Source: Squalus acanthias (taxonomy: Eukaryota). From it: DNA of 64,000 nucleotides. The notes under the pieces are model-generated. The model worked only from the letters and a program-made list of their open reading frames with translations. It was not told the DNA's origin and made no database searches. Position 1 is the first letter of the stretch. Each line of letters starts with the position of its first letter. The position numbers and the translations under genes are program-made. Location of the stretch: assembly GCA_030390025.1 (NCBI GenBank), contig CM059433.1, forward strand, positions 12,402,001 to 12,466,000, read 5' to 3'. Below are positions 47,915 to 59,271 of this stretch, one piece after another.

Positions 47915-48668
47915 GAAACATAGAAACATAGAAAATAGGTACAGGAGTAGACCATTCGGTCCTTCGAGCCTGCACCGCCATTCAATGCGTTCATGGCTGA
48001 ACATGCTACCTCAGTACCCCATTCCTGCTTTCTCGCCATACCCCTTGATCCCCCTAGTTGTGAGTGTTATATCTAACTCCCTTTTGAATATATTTAGCGA
48101 ACTGGCCTCAACAACCTTCTGTGGAAGAGAATTCCACAGATTCAGCACTCTCTGGGTGAAGAAGTTCCTCCTCAGCTCAGTCTTAAATGGCTTCCCCTTA
48201 ATCCTTAGACTGTGACCCCTGGTTCTAGGTTTCCCTAACATTGGGAACATTCTGCCCGCATCTAATTTGTCTAAACCAGTCAGGATTTTAAATGTCTCTA
48301 TAAGATCCCCCCTCATTCTTCTGAACTCCAGAGGATACAAGTTCAGTTGACCCAATCTTTCTTGATATGTCAGTCCGGCCATCCCAGGAATCAATCTAGT
48401 GAACCTTCGCTGCACTCCCTCAATAGCAAGAATGTCCTTCCTTAAGTTAGGAGACCAAAACTGCGCACAATACTCCAGGTGTGGCCTCACCAAGGCCCTG
48501 TACAACTGCAGCATCACCTCCCTACTCCTGTACTCAAATCCCCAGACCAAAACTGCGCACAATACTCCAGGTGTGGCCTCACCAAGGCCCTGTACAACTG
48601 CAGCATCACCTCCCTACTCCTGTACTCAAATCCCCTTACTATGAAGGCCATCATTCCGTTTGCTTTCT
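47915..48668 (-). mobile_element. Young CR1 3' fragment with internal 92-bp tandem duplication
   Basis: ORF 48011-48562 ([19 protein letters not shown]..) and a (CATAGAAA)n tail. Duplicated unit 48452-48543 / 48544-48635. Confidence 0.9.
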
Positions 48669-49865
48669 TGAGATAATTCTTTTCACCCAGAGGGTGGTGG
48701 GGGGTCTGGAACTCACTGCCTGAAAGGGTGGTAGAGGCAGAAACCCTCATCACATTTAAAAAGTATTTGGATATACTCTTGAAGTGCTCCGACCTACAAG
48801 ACTCTAGACCAAGAGCTGGAAAGTGGGATTAGGCTGGATAGCTCTTTTTCAGCCGGCACAGACACGATGGGCCAAATGGTCTCCTTCTGTGCCGTAAATT
48901 TCTATGATTCTATGTGCCTGGAGGGCCTCTGACCCCTGCTAAGGATACAAGACATCTCTCCTTCATTCCAACTCTTCGACCAAGACCTCCAGTGCAGCGT
49001 CCGAAAACCTTGCTGCACGCTCTCTCCCGTGGTCAGCCGTTGTTGATTCTTCCACGGCACAATATTCAGAATGATCTCAGCACCACCAGCAGACGTGTTG
49101 CACCTCCCCTTTAAGAGGTGCAGGCTCGGTTTAAGTAGTGCTCGGCACTAACGATATTGAGCCCCCTGCTGATGCATACAGCCAGTTAGCTGGTATGTAT
49201 AGAAATTAAAATGAAGCGTTAAAAATGTCTGTTCTGTCTGAAGATTTCAGCAGCTGCTCAGCTCACAGTTCATTGACAGGTGGCTTGAATGGGTGTCTCA
49301 GGAGCGTTTTTTGTGTCACTTTGCAAGAATGGCTACTGAGGCAGCCAGAGAAGGGCATAAAAGAAGAGCGCACAACTTCAATGAATTGGACCTGCATGAT
49401 GGAACGGAGCTCAGGAGAGGCGGACTGCTGGGTGTCTGTGGGAGGAAGCCTCCATCAAATGTTTCTTGTGCCACATGGAGGAAGGTGCCACTGGCACTGA
49501 TTATCAACTCTCTCACCCCAGGACTGTACACTGCAAGAAGGTCAGTGAGCTGATCAAGGTAGGCAAGGTAACACATCAGCCACGTTCACTTTTCTTCCTT
49601 GGGGCACCAGCACACGCTTGACCCTCTAAAAGTAGCAGCTGCACAACCAATCCTTCACGATGCACTCTAGTTACCGGGAGGGGCACTAACTTAGGCTCTT
49701 ACAGTATGACGACTACCCATCTCCGAGAATGTGAATTTTCTGTTTTTTAAGTCAAGGTACAGTTGCCTTTGGGAATGCAGGTCTTAATGAGTCAATTGGG
49801 GCAGTGTGGTGGGCGAGTAGCTATGAGGGATGGATTTTTATTTGTTTTCACAACTTTAAATTATT

Positions 49866-51630
49866 GGCCGCGATTTCCCCAACCTCGGCGGGTCCGTGGC
49901 GGGCGACGTCGGTGGCAGGTCCTGACCTCGCTGCCGTCTCCAGCCCGCTGTCCAAAATGATTTAACCCTGATTGGGCTTGTTAAGCCCGCCCAGCGCATT
50001 TGCTAGCCAATTGAAGGAAGTGGGTCTGATGACATCATTTGATGACACATCATCAGCTGGTTTCCTTAAAGGGACCATGCGCAAATTGATTTTGACATTT
50101 GTGCTGTCAGTGATCTACAGCACAGAGGTGCACGGCTGCACCCAGGCTCTCCCATGACTCCCTCCATCTGCTTATAGAGGGAGTCACGGCACGCAGGGAG
50201 CTTCTCTTCCCTTCCAATGGGCAGAAGACACCTCCCCAGGAGACTAATGCAGCTTGGTTGCACATTGCACAGGAGGGCACAAGCAGTGATGTTGTCAGGA
50301 GGACCAGGCTGCAGTGGCGCAAACCTTTCAATAATTTCAGTAGATCACGCAACGTTACTGCAAAGCCACACTCAGCCTCATCCTGCTGTGCCACTCAGCA
50401 CATCCCCATCACTCTGCCTTCCCTACCCTGCTCCTGCACATCTTACTCACACCAACTTACCTTGCACCTCCACACATCCCTCTCTATCTACATTATCACT
50501 TCCCCATCTCACTAGCCACCCCTCACACTCACCCTCATCCTAGTCCAATCATATCAACTAACAACACACAAGGGCAGGCACTTGGGTGTTTTAGCCAATG
50601 TTCATGTAAAGTTTCTGTTAATGTGCTGTCAAACATTTAAACCTTTATTTTCAACACTTTGCGCTCTTGGACAGGTTTGTGTGCACCTTTGGAAGTGGCT
50701 TAGTGAGTTGCAGTGAATGGTGAGACATAACGGTACCCCCCCCGCAATGGTGATGAGTGTGAAAGGAATGGCTTGGGCATTATAGGGATGCTTTATGGTG
50801 TTGGTGTGGGGTGGTGCCAACCTGGCGCATCATGTGGCAGCCAGGGTGTACAGAGTCAAGTGAAATAAATCTGGCCATGGTGACGCCATCCCTGGCCTCC
50901 CAGGCAACAATGTGATCGGGTGCTGATGCCCTCTGTCCTGTGCAGCACCAGTTGCTTGCGGTGAAGGTTGGTGTTGTTGTTGGCGCTGCTTGTGTGCCTG
51001 GTGCTGCTGGTGTTGGGGCTGATCGTGGTGGGATTCTGAGGACCAAGGTGAAATAGTTTCAAGGGCACCGATTCTGATGGAGTAGATGACAGGTGAACTT
51101 GAGATGACAGAAGTGATCTGTGAATTGGGAGGAAGGTTGTTCCAATGAGGTGACACTGGATACAGAGTTTACTCCAAACACTTGCAACCTGCATAAAGCT
51201 CAATCTGTCTTCCAAATGCAGTAAGCAACAGCTTCTGAGCTTGAAAAGTGAACAGCTGTGAGATGGGAGCTTTTATAGCACATTTGCAGCTGTCAAGTAA
51301 AGAGATGATTCCATGGTCATACAACTCCCGACCTCCTTACCTGATGTGATCCCTGAGCAGCGTGGACCCCATGGGCGACCTCATAAAATATTAAGGTGAG
51401 TTCAAAATACATCATTATGGGCTGTTAACAAGGTCATAATGACCTGAATTGCCTCCGCCGCGGCCGCGTGTCGGGTCTGTTCAGCGCTGACAGACCCGAC
51501 ATCTGGGAAAGTCGCGTGGCGGCGGGTTGACAGCGGGGGTCCCGACCCGCTGCCAAAGAAAAAACATTTTCCCAGCCGACCCGCCACCGAACGCGCCCGC
51601 TGACCCCCCCGAAAAATACCCCCCCCCCCC
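49866..51630 (+). mobile_element. Non-autonomous Harbinger derivative of a different subfamily
   Basis: CpG-rich ends with GGCGGG/CCCGCC motifs. Myb exon 1 relic (..AWLHIAQEGTSSDVVRRTRLQWRKPFNNFSRS, 50125-50370) and minus-strand transposase C-terminal relic (EARDGVTMARF, near 50870-50905). TIR match is weak. Confidence 0.6.
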
Positions 51631-51634
51631 TTGT

Positions 51635-51925
51635 AAGTAATCAGCAATCAGTTGCTGCTTCCTTGCTCCGACTGCAGGCTGATGGCTCTCTTGCTCCAGC
51701 ACATCTTCCTCCTGTGCGGTCTCCTCCTGACGTGAGGATAGTTGGCCGCTTCCCTCTTCAGCTTCAGGAAGCACCGCTCCTTTGTGCACAGTGACATTAC
51801 GCAGCACACAAACAGCTACAATAATTCTGGCAGCACTTGCTGGGCTGTGCTTTCGGACTCCACCAGATTCGTTGAGGCACCTAAAATGAGACTCCGGAAT
51901 GCAAATGGCCTGCTCTATCACACTC
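51635..51925 (-). pseudogene. Decayed Harbinger transposase C-terminus
   Basis: IEQAICIPESHFRCLNESGGVRKHSPASAARIIVAVCVLRNV..ARKQQLIADY aligns with IERTIGVLKQRFRCLDHSGGALQYSPEQVSNFVVVCCMLHNM..VRQRLIASRF. Confidence 0.75.
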
Positions 51926-53033
51926 TTCTTTGTCCCATGGATCTCGTTATATTTATTGCCTGCAGGTGCATTGTGCCAAAATCAGTGGGTTAAAACATTT
52001 GAAACTTTAAACAAAGAAATACTCTGAAATTGTGACCGCAATGCCTTTAGAGTATTTGTTGAGAAGAATACTTCTTCCCCTAAGTGCAATTTAAAAAAAG
52101 TTCTCTCACTTGCCGGTAAATGCGCCATGTGGTTGAACATTAGTTATATGGACAAGATTTCAGATTTGATTCTGGGCAGCTTTTGCGCCACAACTGGACC
52201 TAGCAACCAGAGATTGAGGGAGGAAAAATAAAACAGGGTTTCTGCTCCTGGTCACTATTTATGGCCTGTACCTGCATCTCTACAGACAACAGGTATGGAC
52301 AGGATTGGGCTCAACAATAATGCTCAATGTGGGAAAATAGCTTACCAATATTCATTCTCTCAGCTCACACATAAGAATATTCAATTGGGCAAGGTACCCA
52401 AGGATAGCCAACGCGTCAACCACACCCCAGTAAAAATCTGCACCTTCAGGTAACGAAAGAGAAAACTGACGCTGGGTGGGGTGGTCACTACAGAGTGATT
52501 AGCATCTTGACCATTGATTATCGTTGATCCTTGCAAGGCAGGGCACTGAAAAGAGATGTTCCTTTTGTTCCCAAACTCCACGCTCCAAACAAACTGCTTC
52601 TTTTCGAGCTGCAGGCAAGCTGGGGCCAATGGTGTGTAAAAAAAACCATTTCCACAGTCACACTGGGAGACTACATTGAAAATAGCGGCCCCCTTGACGA
52701 GGAGCTCAGCCATCACATGAGTGTGAACAAAATAAAGTCAGCAGGAAGACATTTCTCCTCTGCTCAAATCCTAACCAGTCAGCATAATCCAGAAGTATAT
52801 ATCATTAAGTTACAGTCTTATGCACTCCCTTTCCATTTTGTTTTATAGTTTATATTACGTCGTCAGGAAAATAAAAGCAATTTAATTACAATTAAAATTA
52901 GTCTATGAGCTGATCAGTGTGGAACAATACTCACAAGAATCATATAAGGATGTTACGCAGTTCAAAGCAAAATCAACACACTCGTGACACATTGTATAAT
53001 GATCAGGCTAGTGAAAAAGGAAAAAAAGGACTT

Positions 53034-54047
53034 TTTTATTTATTCACGGTTGTGGGCGTCGCTGCAAGGCCAGCATTTATTGCCCATCCCTGATTGTCCT
53101 TGAGAAGGTGGTGGTGAGCCGCCTTCTTGAACCGCTGCAGTCCGTGTGGTGAAGGTGCTCCCACAGTGCTGTTAGGGAGGGAGTTCCAGGATTTTGACCC
53201 AGTGACGATGAAGGAACGGCGATATATTTCCTTGTCAGGGTGGTGTGTGACTTGGAGGGGAGCTTGGAGGTGGTGGTGTTCCCCCATGCGCCTGCTGCCC
53301 TTGTCCTTCTAGATGGTAGAGGTTGCGGGTTTGGGAAGTACTGTCGAAGAAGTCTTGGCGAGTTGCTGCAGTGCATCTTGTAGATGGTACACACTGCAGC
53401 CACGGTACGCCGGTGGTGGAGGGAGTGAATGTTTGAGGTGGTGGATGGGGTGCCAATCAAGCGGGCTGCTTTCTCCTGGATGGTGTCGAGCTTCTTGAGT
53501 GTTGTTGGAGCTGCACTCATCCAGGCAAGTGGAGAGTATTCCATCACACTCCTTACTTGTGCCTTGTAGATGGTGGAAAGGCTTTGGAGAGTTAGGAGGT
53601 GAGTCACTCGCCGCAGAATACCCAGCCTCTGACCTGCTCTTGTTGCCACAATATATTATGTGGCTGGTCCAGTTAAGTTTCTTGCCAATGGTGACCCCCA
53701 GGATGTTGATGGTGGGGGATTCGAGGATGGTAATGCCATTGAATGTCAAGGGGAGGTGGTTATACTTTCTCTTGTAGGAGATTGCTGTGGGTCTGGAGTC
53801 ACATATAGCTTAGACTGGGTAAGGACGGCAGGTTTCCTTCACTGAAGGACGTTAGCGAACCAGATGGGTTTTTACCACAATCCGGTAGTTTCATGGTCAC
53901 CATTACTGATACTGGCTTTTTATTCCACATTTATTTAATTAACTGAACTTAAATTTCCAGCTGCTGTGGTAGGATGTCTCCGGATCATTAGTCCAGGCCT
54001 CTGGATTACTAGTCCAGTATCATAACCACTATGCTACCGTACCCTTT
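53034..54047 (-). mobile_element. Chimeric retroposon: tRNA-like head (54040-53780) fused to ~740 bp LINE 3' end
   Basis: Head GGTAGCATAGTGGTTATGATACTGGACTAGTAATCCAGAGG. The LINE part matches 39820-40560 (ORF 53077-53649). Flanked by CTT/CTT inside the tail of the adjacent SINE. Confidence 0.75.
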
Positions 54048-54463
54048 CTTGCATTTATAGAGCACGTTTCAAGACCTTTACAGCTTATGAAGCATATTTG
54101 AAATGTAGTCACTGTTGTAATGTAGAAAACGTGGCAGCCAACTTGCGCACAGCAAGCTCCCACAAACAGCAATGAACTAATGACCAGGCAATCTGTTTTA
54201 GTGAATGTTGGTTGAGGGATCAATGTTGAACAGATCACTGGGGAGTACTCCCCTGCTCTTCTTCAAAATATTCCCATGGGATTTTTTACGTTCAGCTGAA
54301 AGGACAGATGGGGCCTCGGATTAACTTTTCATCTGAAAGATGGCACCTTTGATAGTACTGAACTGAAGTGTCAGTTATGTGCTCAAGTCTCTGAAGTGAG
54401 ACTTGAACCCTCAACGTTCCTGACTCAGAGGCAAGAGTACTATCACTGAGGCACAGCTGACGC
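54048..54463 (-). mobile_element. tRNA/L2-tail SINE (Deu/SacSINE1-like)
   Basis: Homologous to 26160-26613; its extreme tail (AAAAAAGGACTT) lies at 53022-53033. Confidence 0.78.
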
Positions 54464-54600
54464 AGTATATAGTGGTACAGTGTATAATTATGAGCTAGTC
54501 ATCATATCAAATATAACGTATAAATCTCTCATTGACCAGACAGTCGCACTTGCAGCACAAACTCAAATACAGCTATTGCTATTCTCGGGTACCAGCCACA

Positions 54601-55100
54601 ATTTTTTTCTATTCGCTTATGGGATGTGGTCGTCACTGGCAAGGCCAGCATTTATTGCCCATCCCTAGTTGCCCTTGAGCAGGTGGTGGTGAGCCGCCTC
54701 CTTGAACCGCTGCAGTCCGTGTGGTGAAGGTGCTCCCACAGTGCTGTTAGGGAGGGAGTTCCAGGATTTTGACCCAGCGACGATGAAGGATCGACGATAT
54801 ACTTTCAAGTTAGGATGGCGTGTGACTTGGAGGGGAACTTGGAGGTGGTGGTGTTCCCATATGCCTGCTGCCCTTGTCCTTCTAGGTGGAAGAGGTCGCG
54901 GGTTTGGGAGGTGCTGCCGAAGAAGCCTTGGCGAGTTGCTGCAGTGCATCTTGTAGATGGTACACACTGCAGCCACGGTACGCCGGTGGTGGAGGGAGTG
55001 AATGTTTAAGGTGGTGGATGGGGTGCCAATCAAGCGGGCTGCTTTGTCCTGGATGGTGTCGAGCTTCTTGAGTGTTGTTGCAGCTGCACTCATCCAGGCA
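54601..55100 (-). mobile_element. 3' end of CR1/Jockey-group LINE
   Basis: ORF 54665-55093 is open to the stop (AWMSAAATTLKKLDTIQDKAARLI..HHHLLKGN*). Confidence 0.9.
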
Positions 55101-55747
55101 GTTAAGGTTGTGTATCATCTAAGCTTCATTGTCGGGTTAGCTAACCTCTCAGGCCAGCAAGCTGCAGAACAAGCAAACCATAACATTTATGCCTGAAATA
55201 ACCTTTTCTTCACAGTTACCGATTACAACAATTAGTTCTGGATTGTTGCCCTGCAGATTGCAATTTACAGAGAGAGAGAAGAGGGAGTGTTTCATGGTGG
55301 TCTAACAACAATTTCTCAAATCTGGCTTTTAGAAATTAATCTTTGGGAAATGTTATCTTAGAGTAGAGGGGTTTAAAGTTAGGAGCTGAGCCTGCAGCTC
55401 CCCCATAAAGGGCCTTGTGACCAGTCTGACTAGGGCTGAAAGATTGTAGTAGTATGTTGTCGTACAAAGTAGCCACCTTAGGGAGGTCTGGAGGAGTTAG
55501 GCACCCCAAGGGCAACAGGGGAGTCAGACATACGAGTAGCACCATGAAGAAGATGCAGAGGACAACCCCGTTGCCCGCCCAAGGACAGATTTGTGGCAAT
55601 TTGACACAGTATTTTCCCAATGCATGAACGCTTCTCTTTACAGTTCTCCCTGTTCCACCACAAGGATGCTTTCATTTGTAGAAATTTTGCCATGCGCATC
55701 AACTCACATGTCTCCCATCCTTACCACCTCAGGCATACACTCAGTAC

Positions 55748-58526
55748 ATACATAGATACATAGATACATAGAAGATAGGAGCAGGAGTAGGCCATCCGGC
55801 CCTTCGAGCCTGCTCCGCCATTTAATGAGATCATGGCTGATCCTCCAATTCAGTATCCCGTCCCCGCCTTCTCTCCGTAACCCTTAACCCCTTTTGCCTG
55901 TAGAAATATATCTAATTCCCTCTTAAATATATTTAATGAGCTGGCGTACACTGCCCTCTGTGGCAATGAGTTCCACAGGTTCACCACCCTCTGAGTGAAG
56001 AAATTCCCCCTCATTTCTGTCCTAAATGGTTTAGCCCTTATCCTTAAATTATGTCCTCTAGTTCTGTTCTCACCCGCCAAGGGAAACATTCCTTCTGCAT
56101 CTAGTCTGTCTAGACCTGTCAGAATTTTATACACTTCTATGAGGTCCCCTCTCAATCTTCTAAACTCCAGTGTATACATCCCTAAACTACATAGTCTCTC
56201 CTCATAGGTCAATCCCGCCATTCCTGGTATCAGCCTGGTGAATCGCCGCTGCACCCCCTCCATGGCAAGAACATCTTTCCTCAGATGAGGCGACCAAAAC
56301 TGTACACAGTACTCGAGGTGTGGTCTCACCAGTGCCCTGTACAGCTGCAGCAAGGTATCCCTGTTCCTGTATTCCAACCCTTTTGCTATGAAGGCCAGCA
56401 TACCGTTTGCCTTCTTGACCGCCTGTTGCACCTGCATGCTCGCCTTCAGTGACTGGTGTACAAGAACACCCAGGTCTCTCTGTACTTCCCCCTCTCCCAA
56501 TTTATTGCCATTTAAATAATAATTTGCCCTCCCGTTCCTGCACCCAAGGTGGATAACTTCGCACTTGTCCACATTATAATGCATCTGCCATTTATCCGCC
56601 CAATCACCCAGTCTGTCCAAATCGCTCTGGAGCTTCCTGGTCTCCTCTTCTGAGCCCACCCCCCCTCCTAGTTTAGTATCGTCTGCAAATTTGGAAATGC
56701 TGCATCCGACTCCCTGATCCAGGTCATTAATGTAAATTGTGAACAGCTGGGGACCCAGGACAGATCCCTGTGGTACCCCACTTGTTACTGCCTGCCATTC
56801 AGAAAATGAGCCGTTTATTCCAACTCTCTGTTTTCTATCTGACAGCCAGTTCTCTATCCACGTCAATACTTTCCCCTTTATCCCATGAGCTTCAATTTTC
56901 CATGCTAATCTTTTATGTGGGACCTTATCGAAGGCTTTTTGGAAGTCCAGGTACACCACATCTACTGGCTCTCCCCCATCTATTTTACCAGTTACTCCCT
57001 CAAAAAATTCCAATAGATTAGTCAAGCACGATTTACCCTTTGTAAATCCATGTTGACTCTGTCCTATCCTGTCCCCATTTGCTAAGTGCTCCGCTATTTC
57101 ATCCTTAATGATGGACTCCAGCATTTTGCCCACAACTGATGTAAGGCTGACAGGTCTGTAATTACCTGCTTTTTCCCTACCCCCCTTTTTGAATAGTGGG
57201 GTAACGTTAGCTACCCTCCAATCCATGGGCACTGTTCCCGAGTCTAATGAATTCTGAAAAATCATACTTAGTGCATCCGCTATCTCTAGGGCCACCTCCT
57301 TCAGTACCCTAGGATGCATGTTATCAGGCCCTGGGGATTTGTCCGCCTTCAATCCCTTTAGCTTCCTTAACACCATATCCTTAGAGATATTGATTTGCGT
57401 CAGTTCCTCCTTTGCCAATGTCCCTATTTTTCCCGATATCCCAGGGAGGTTTTTTGTGTCTTCCTTCGTAAAGACTGACCCAAAGTATGCATTTAGTTGG
57501 TCTGCCATTTCCTTATTTCCCGTTATATATTCCCCCGTATCTGACTGCAATGGACCAACTTTGGTTTTCACCAGTCTTTTCCTCTTGATATACTTATAAA
57601 AGCTTTTGGAGTTAGTTTTTATATTTTCCGCCAGCTTGCTTTCGTAAGCTATTTTGCCCCTCTTGATTAAGCCCTTTGTCCTCCTTTGCTCTATCTTAAA
57701 CTGTTCCCAATCTTCCGCTCTGGCGCTTTTTTTGGCTATTTTATATGCCCTATCTTTGGATTTTATGCTGTCTCTAATTTCCCCTGTTATCCACCTTTTT
57801 AGATTTCCTTTTATGCCAGATTGGTATAAACAATTTTTGCAATTTTGTCATTCTATCTTTAAATGCTTGCCATTGTTTATCTACCTCCAGTCCTCCCAGG
57901 AACGTTGTCCAATCAGACCTACTCAGTTCCCGTCTAATGGCATCATAATTCCCCTTGTTTAAATTCAGGACCTTAGTCTCTGAGTCAATTTCTTCGCTCT
58001 CCATTTCGAGTGAGAAATCGATCATGTTATGATCGCTCTGACCCAAGGGTCCCCGTACAACAAGATTACTAATTAGTCCCTTCTCATTGCACAGTACCCA
58101 GTCCAATATAGCCTGTTCCCGAGTTGGTTCCTCGACATATTGATCCAGATAACCATCCCTTAAACACTCAAGGAATTCCTCCTCCTCATTATTTTTACTG
58201 ATTAGGCTATTCCAATCTATATGTAAGTTAAAGTCACCTATGATGACAGCTGTGCTCTTATTGCACGCTTCTCTAATTTCCCTCGTGATGCCCTCCCCAA
58301 CCTCTATTTTACTATTTGGAGGCCTATATACCACTCCTATTAATGTTTTTCGCCCCTCGCTATTTCTTAGCTCCACCCATATAGATTCTGTATTAACTGA
58401 GTTAATATCCTTCCTTTCAATTGCATTTATCCCCTCTTTTACCAGCAATGCTACCCCTCCTCCCTTTCTTTTTTGTCGATCCTTCCTAAATACTGAATAC
58501 CCCTGTATGTTAAGCTCCCAGCCCTG
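55748..58526 (-). mobile_element. Young CR1 LINE, 5'-truncated inside the endonuclease, one frameshift
   Basis: APE part 57774-58526 (GVVYRPP, IGDFN, LGQSDHNMI) and RT part 55850-57790 (DFQKAFD, GVPQGSVLGP, KFADDTK). A small deletion near 57795 shifts the frame. (CATAGATA)n tail. Confidence 0.95.
55850..58526 (-). pseudogene. CR1 ORF2 (APE endonuclease-reverse transcriptase), truncated and frameshifted
   Basis: ORFs of 224 aa and 573 aa in the track are consecutive parts of one ORF2. Confidence 0.9.
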
Positions 58527-59271
58527 CTGACAACAAAGGAGAGGATGGCAAAAGGGAATACGAAAAGGTTCGGAATTAAGTCAAAAAAATTAGGAAGGCA
58601 AAGGGAAACTACAAAATTAAATTATCAAGGGATATAAAAAGAAATAGTAAAGTAGTCTACAGACACATAAATAACAAAAGAAAAATCAAGATAGGGATAG
58701 GGCCACTAAGGGATGCACACGATAAATTCACAGGTAATAACAGCGAAATGGCAGAAATATTAAATAATTACTTTGCTTCAGTATTTACCAGGGAGACTAA
58801 CATGGTGGACATGACATTAGAAAAATAGATCAAAAAAGATATAAAGACATTTAAGATAAAAAGGGGGGAGATAATTGATAAACTAATCAAGCTTGGAGAG
58901 GATAAAACCCTTGGGGGTAGAAATTAGGTCGCGCCCCATTTGGGGCGCAAATATCGTCCGGACGCAAATATTAGCGCCTGGCGCTAATTATCGGCACTGA
59001 CAGGAAACTTCACTTTTACCGCCCCGGGAGATGAGTGGAGCGCTAAAGCAGGCGCTGCACACCTGTCTTAAGGCGCAAAGGACAAGGAGTGAGGCGCTAA
59101 CTCAGCGCACGAGCGCAGCGCAGCTGCTGCCAGTTAGCGAGGGAACACAGACACACTGGCGCCGGACACTTCTTAAAGCGGGGGGGGCCACTTGCTCCCC
59201 AGCCACACCCTGCTCATTGCAGCCTTGAATCTCAGCCTGGAGAGACCTGTGAATCCATTTTGCTGCCAAGC

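Larger units (their letters stand above)
42155..48913 (+). mobile_element. Decayed CR1 (RT to tail), in three pieces
   Basis: VDKSPG..PEDWRTANMVPLFKKGE (42170-42343) continues as RDRLSNYRPVSL (from 46901) to 47914, then 48669-48913 with a TTCTATGA tail. Confidence 0.88.
40775..49190 (-). mobile_element. Decayed inverted Harbinger Myb-arm relics, host of the nested cluster
   Basis: Reverse complement of the 18575-20420 type arm: promoter and exon 1 start at 48915-49190, rest of exon 1 to intron 2 at 41310-42145. A further exon 1 relic lies at 40775-41030. Confidence 0.7.

Noticed and set aside
52381..52848. Overlapping ORFs of 111 and 105 aa in unique-looking sequence (also 465-734, 2790-2877, 24310-24552)
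   Set aside because: No recognisable domains or convincing paired splice sites; the lengths are compatible with chance.
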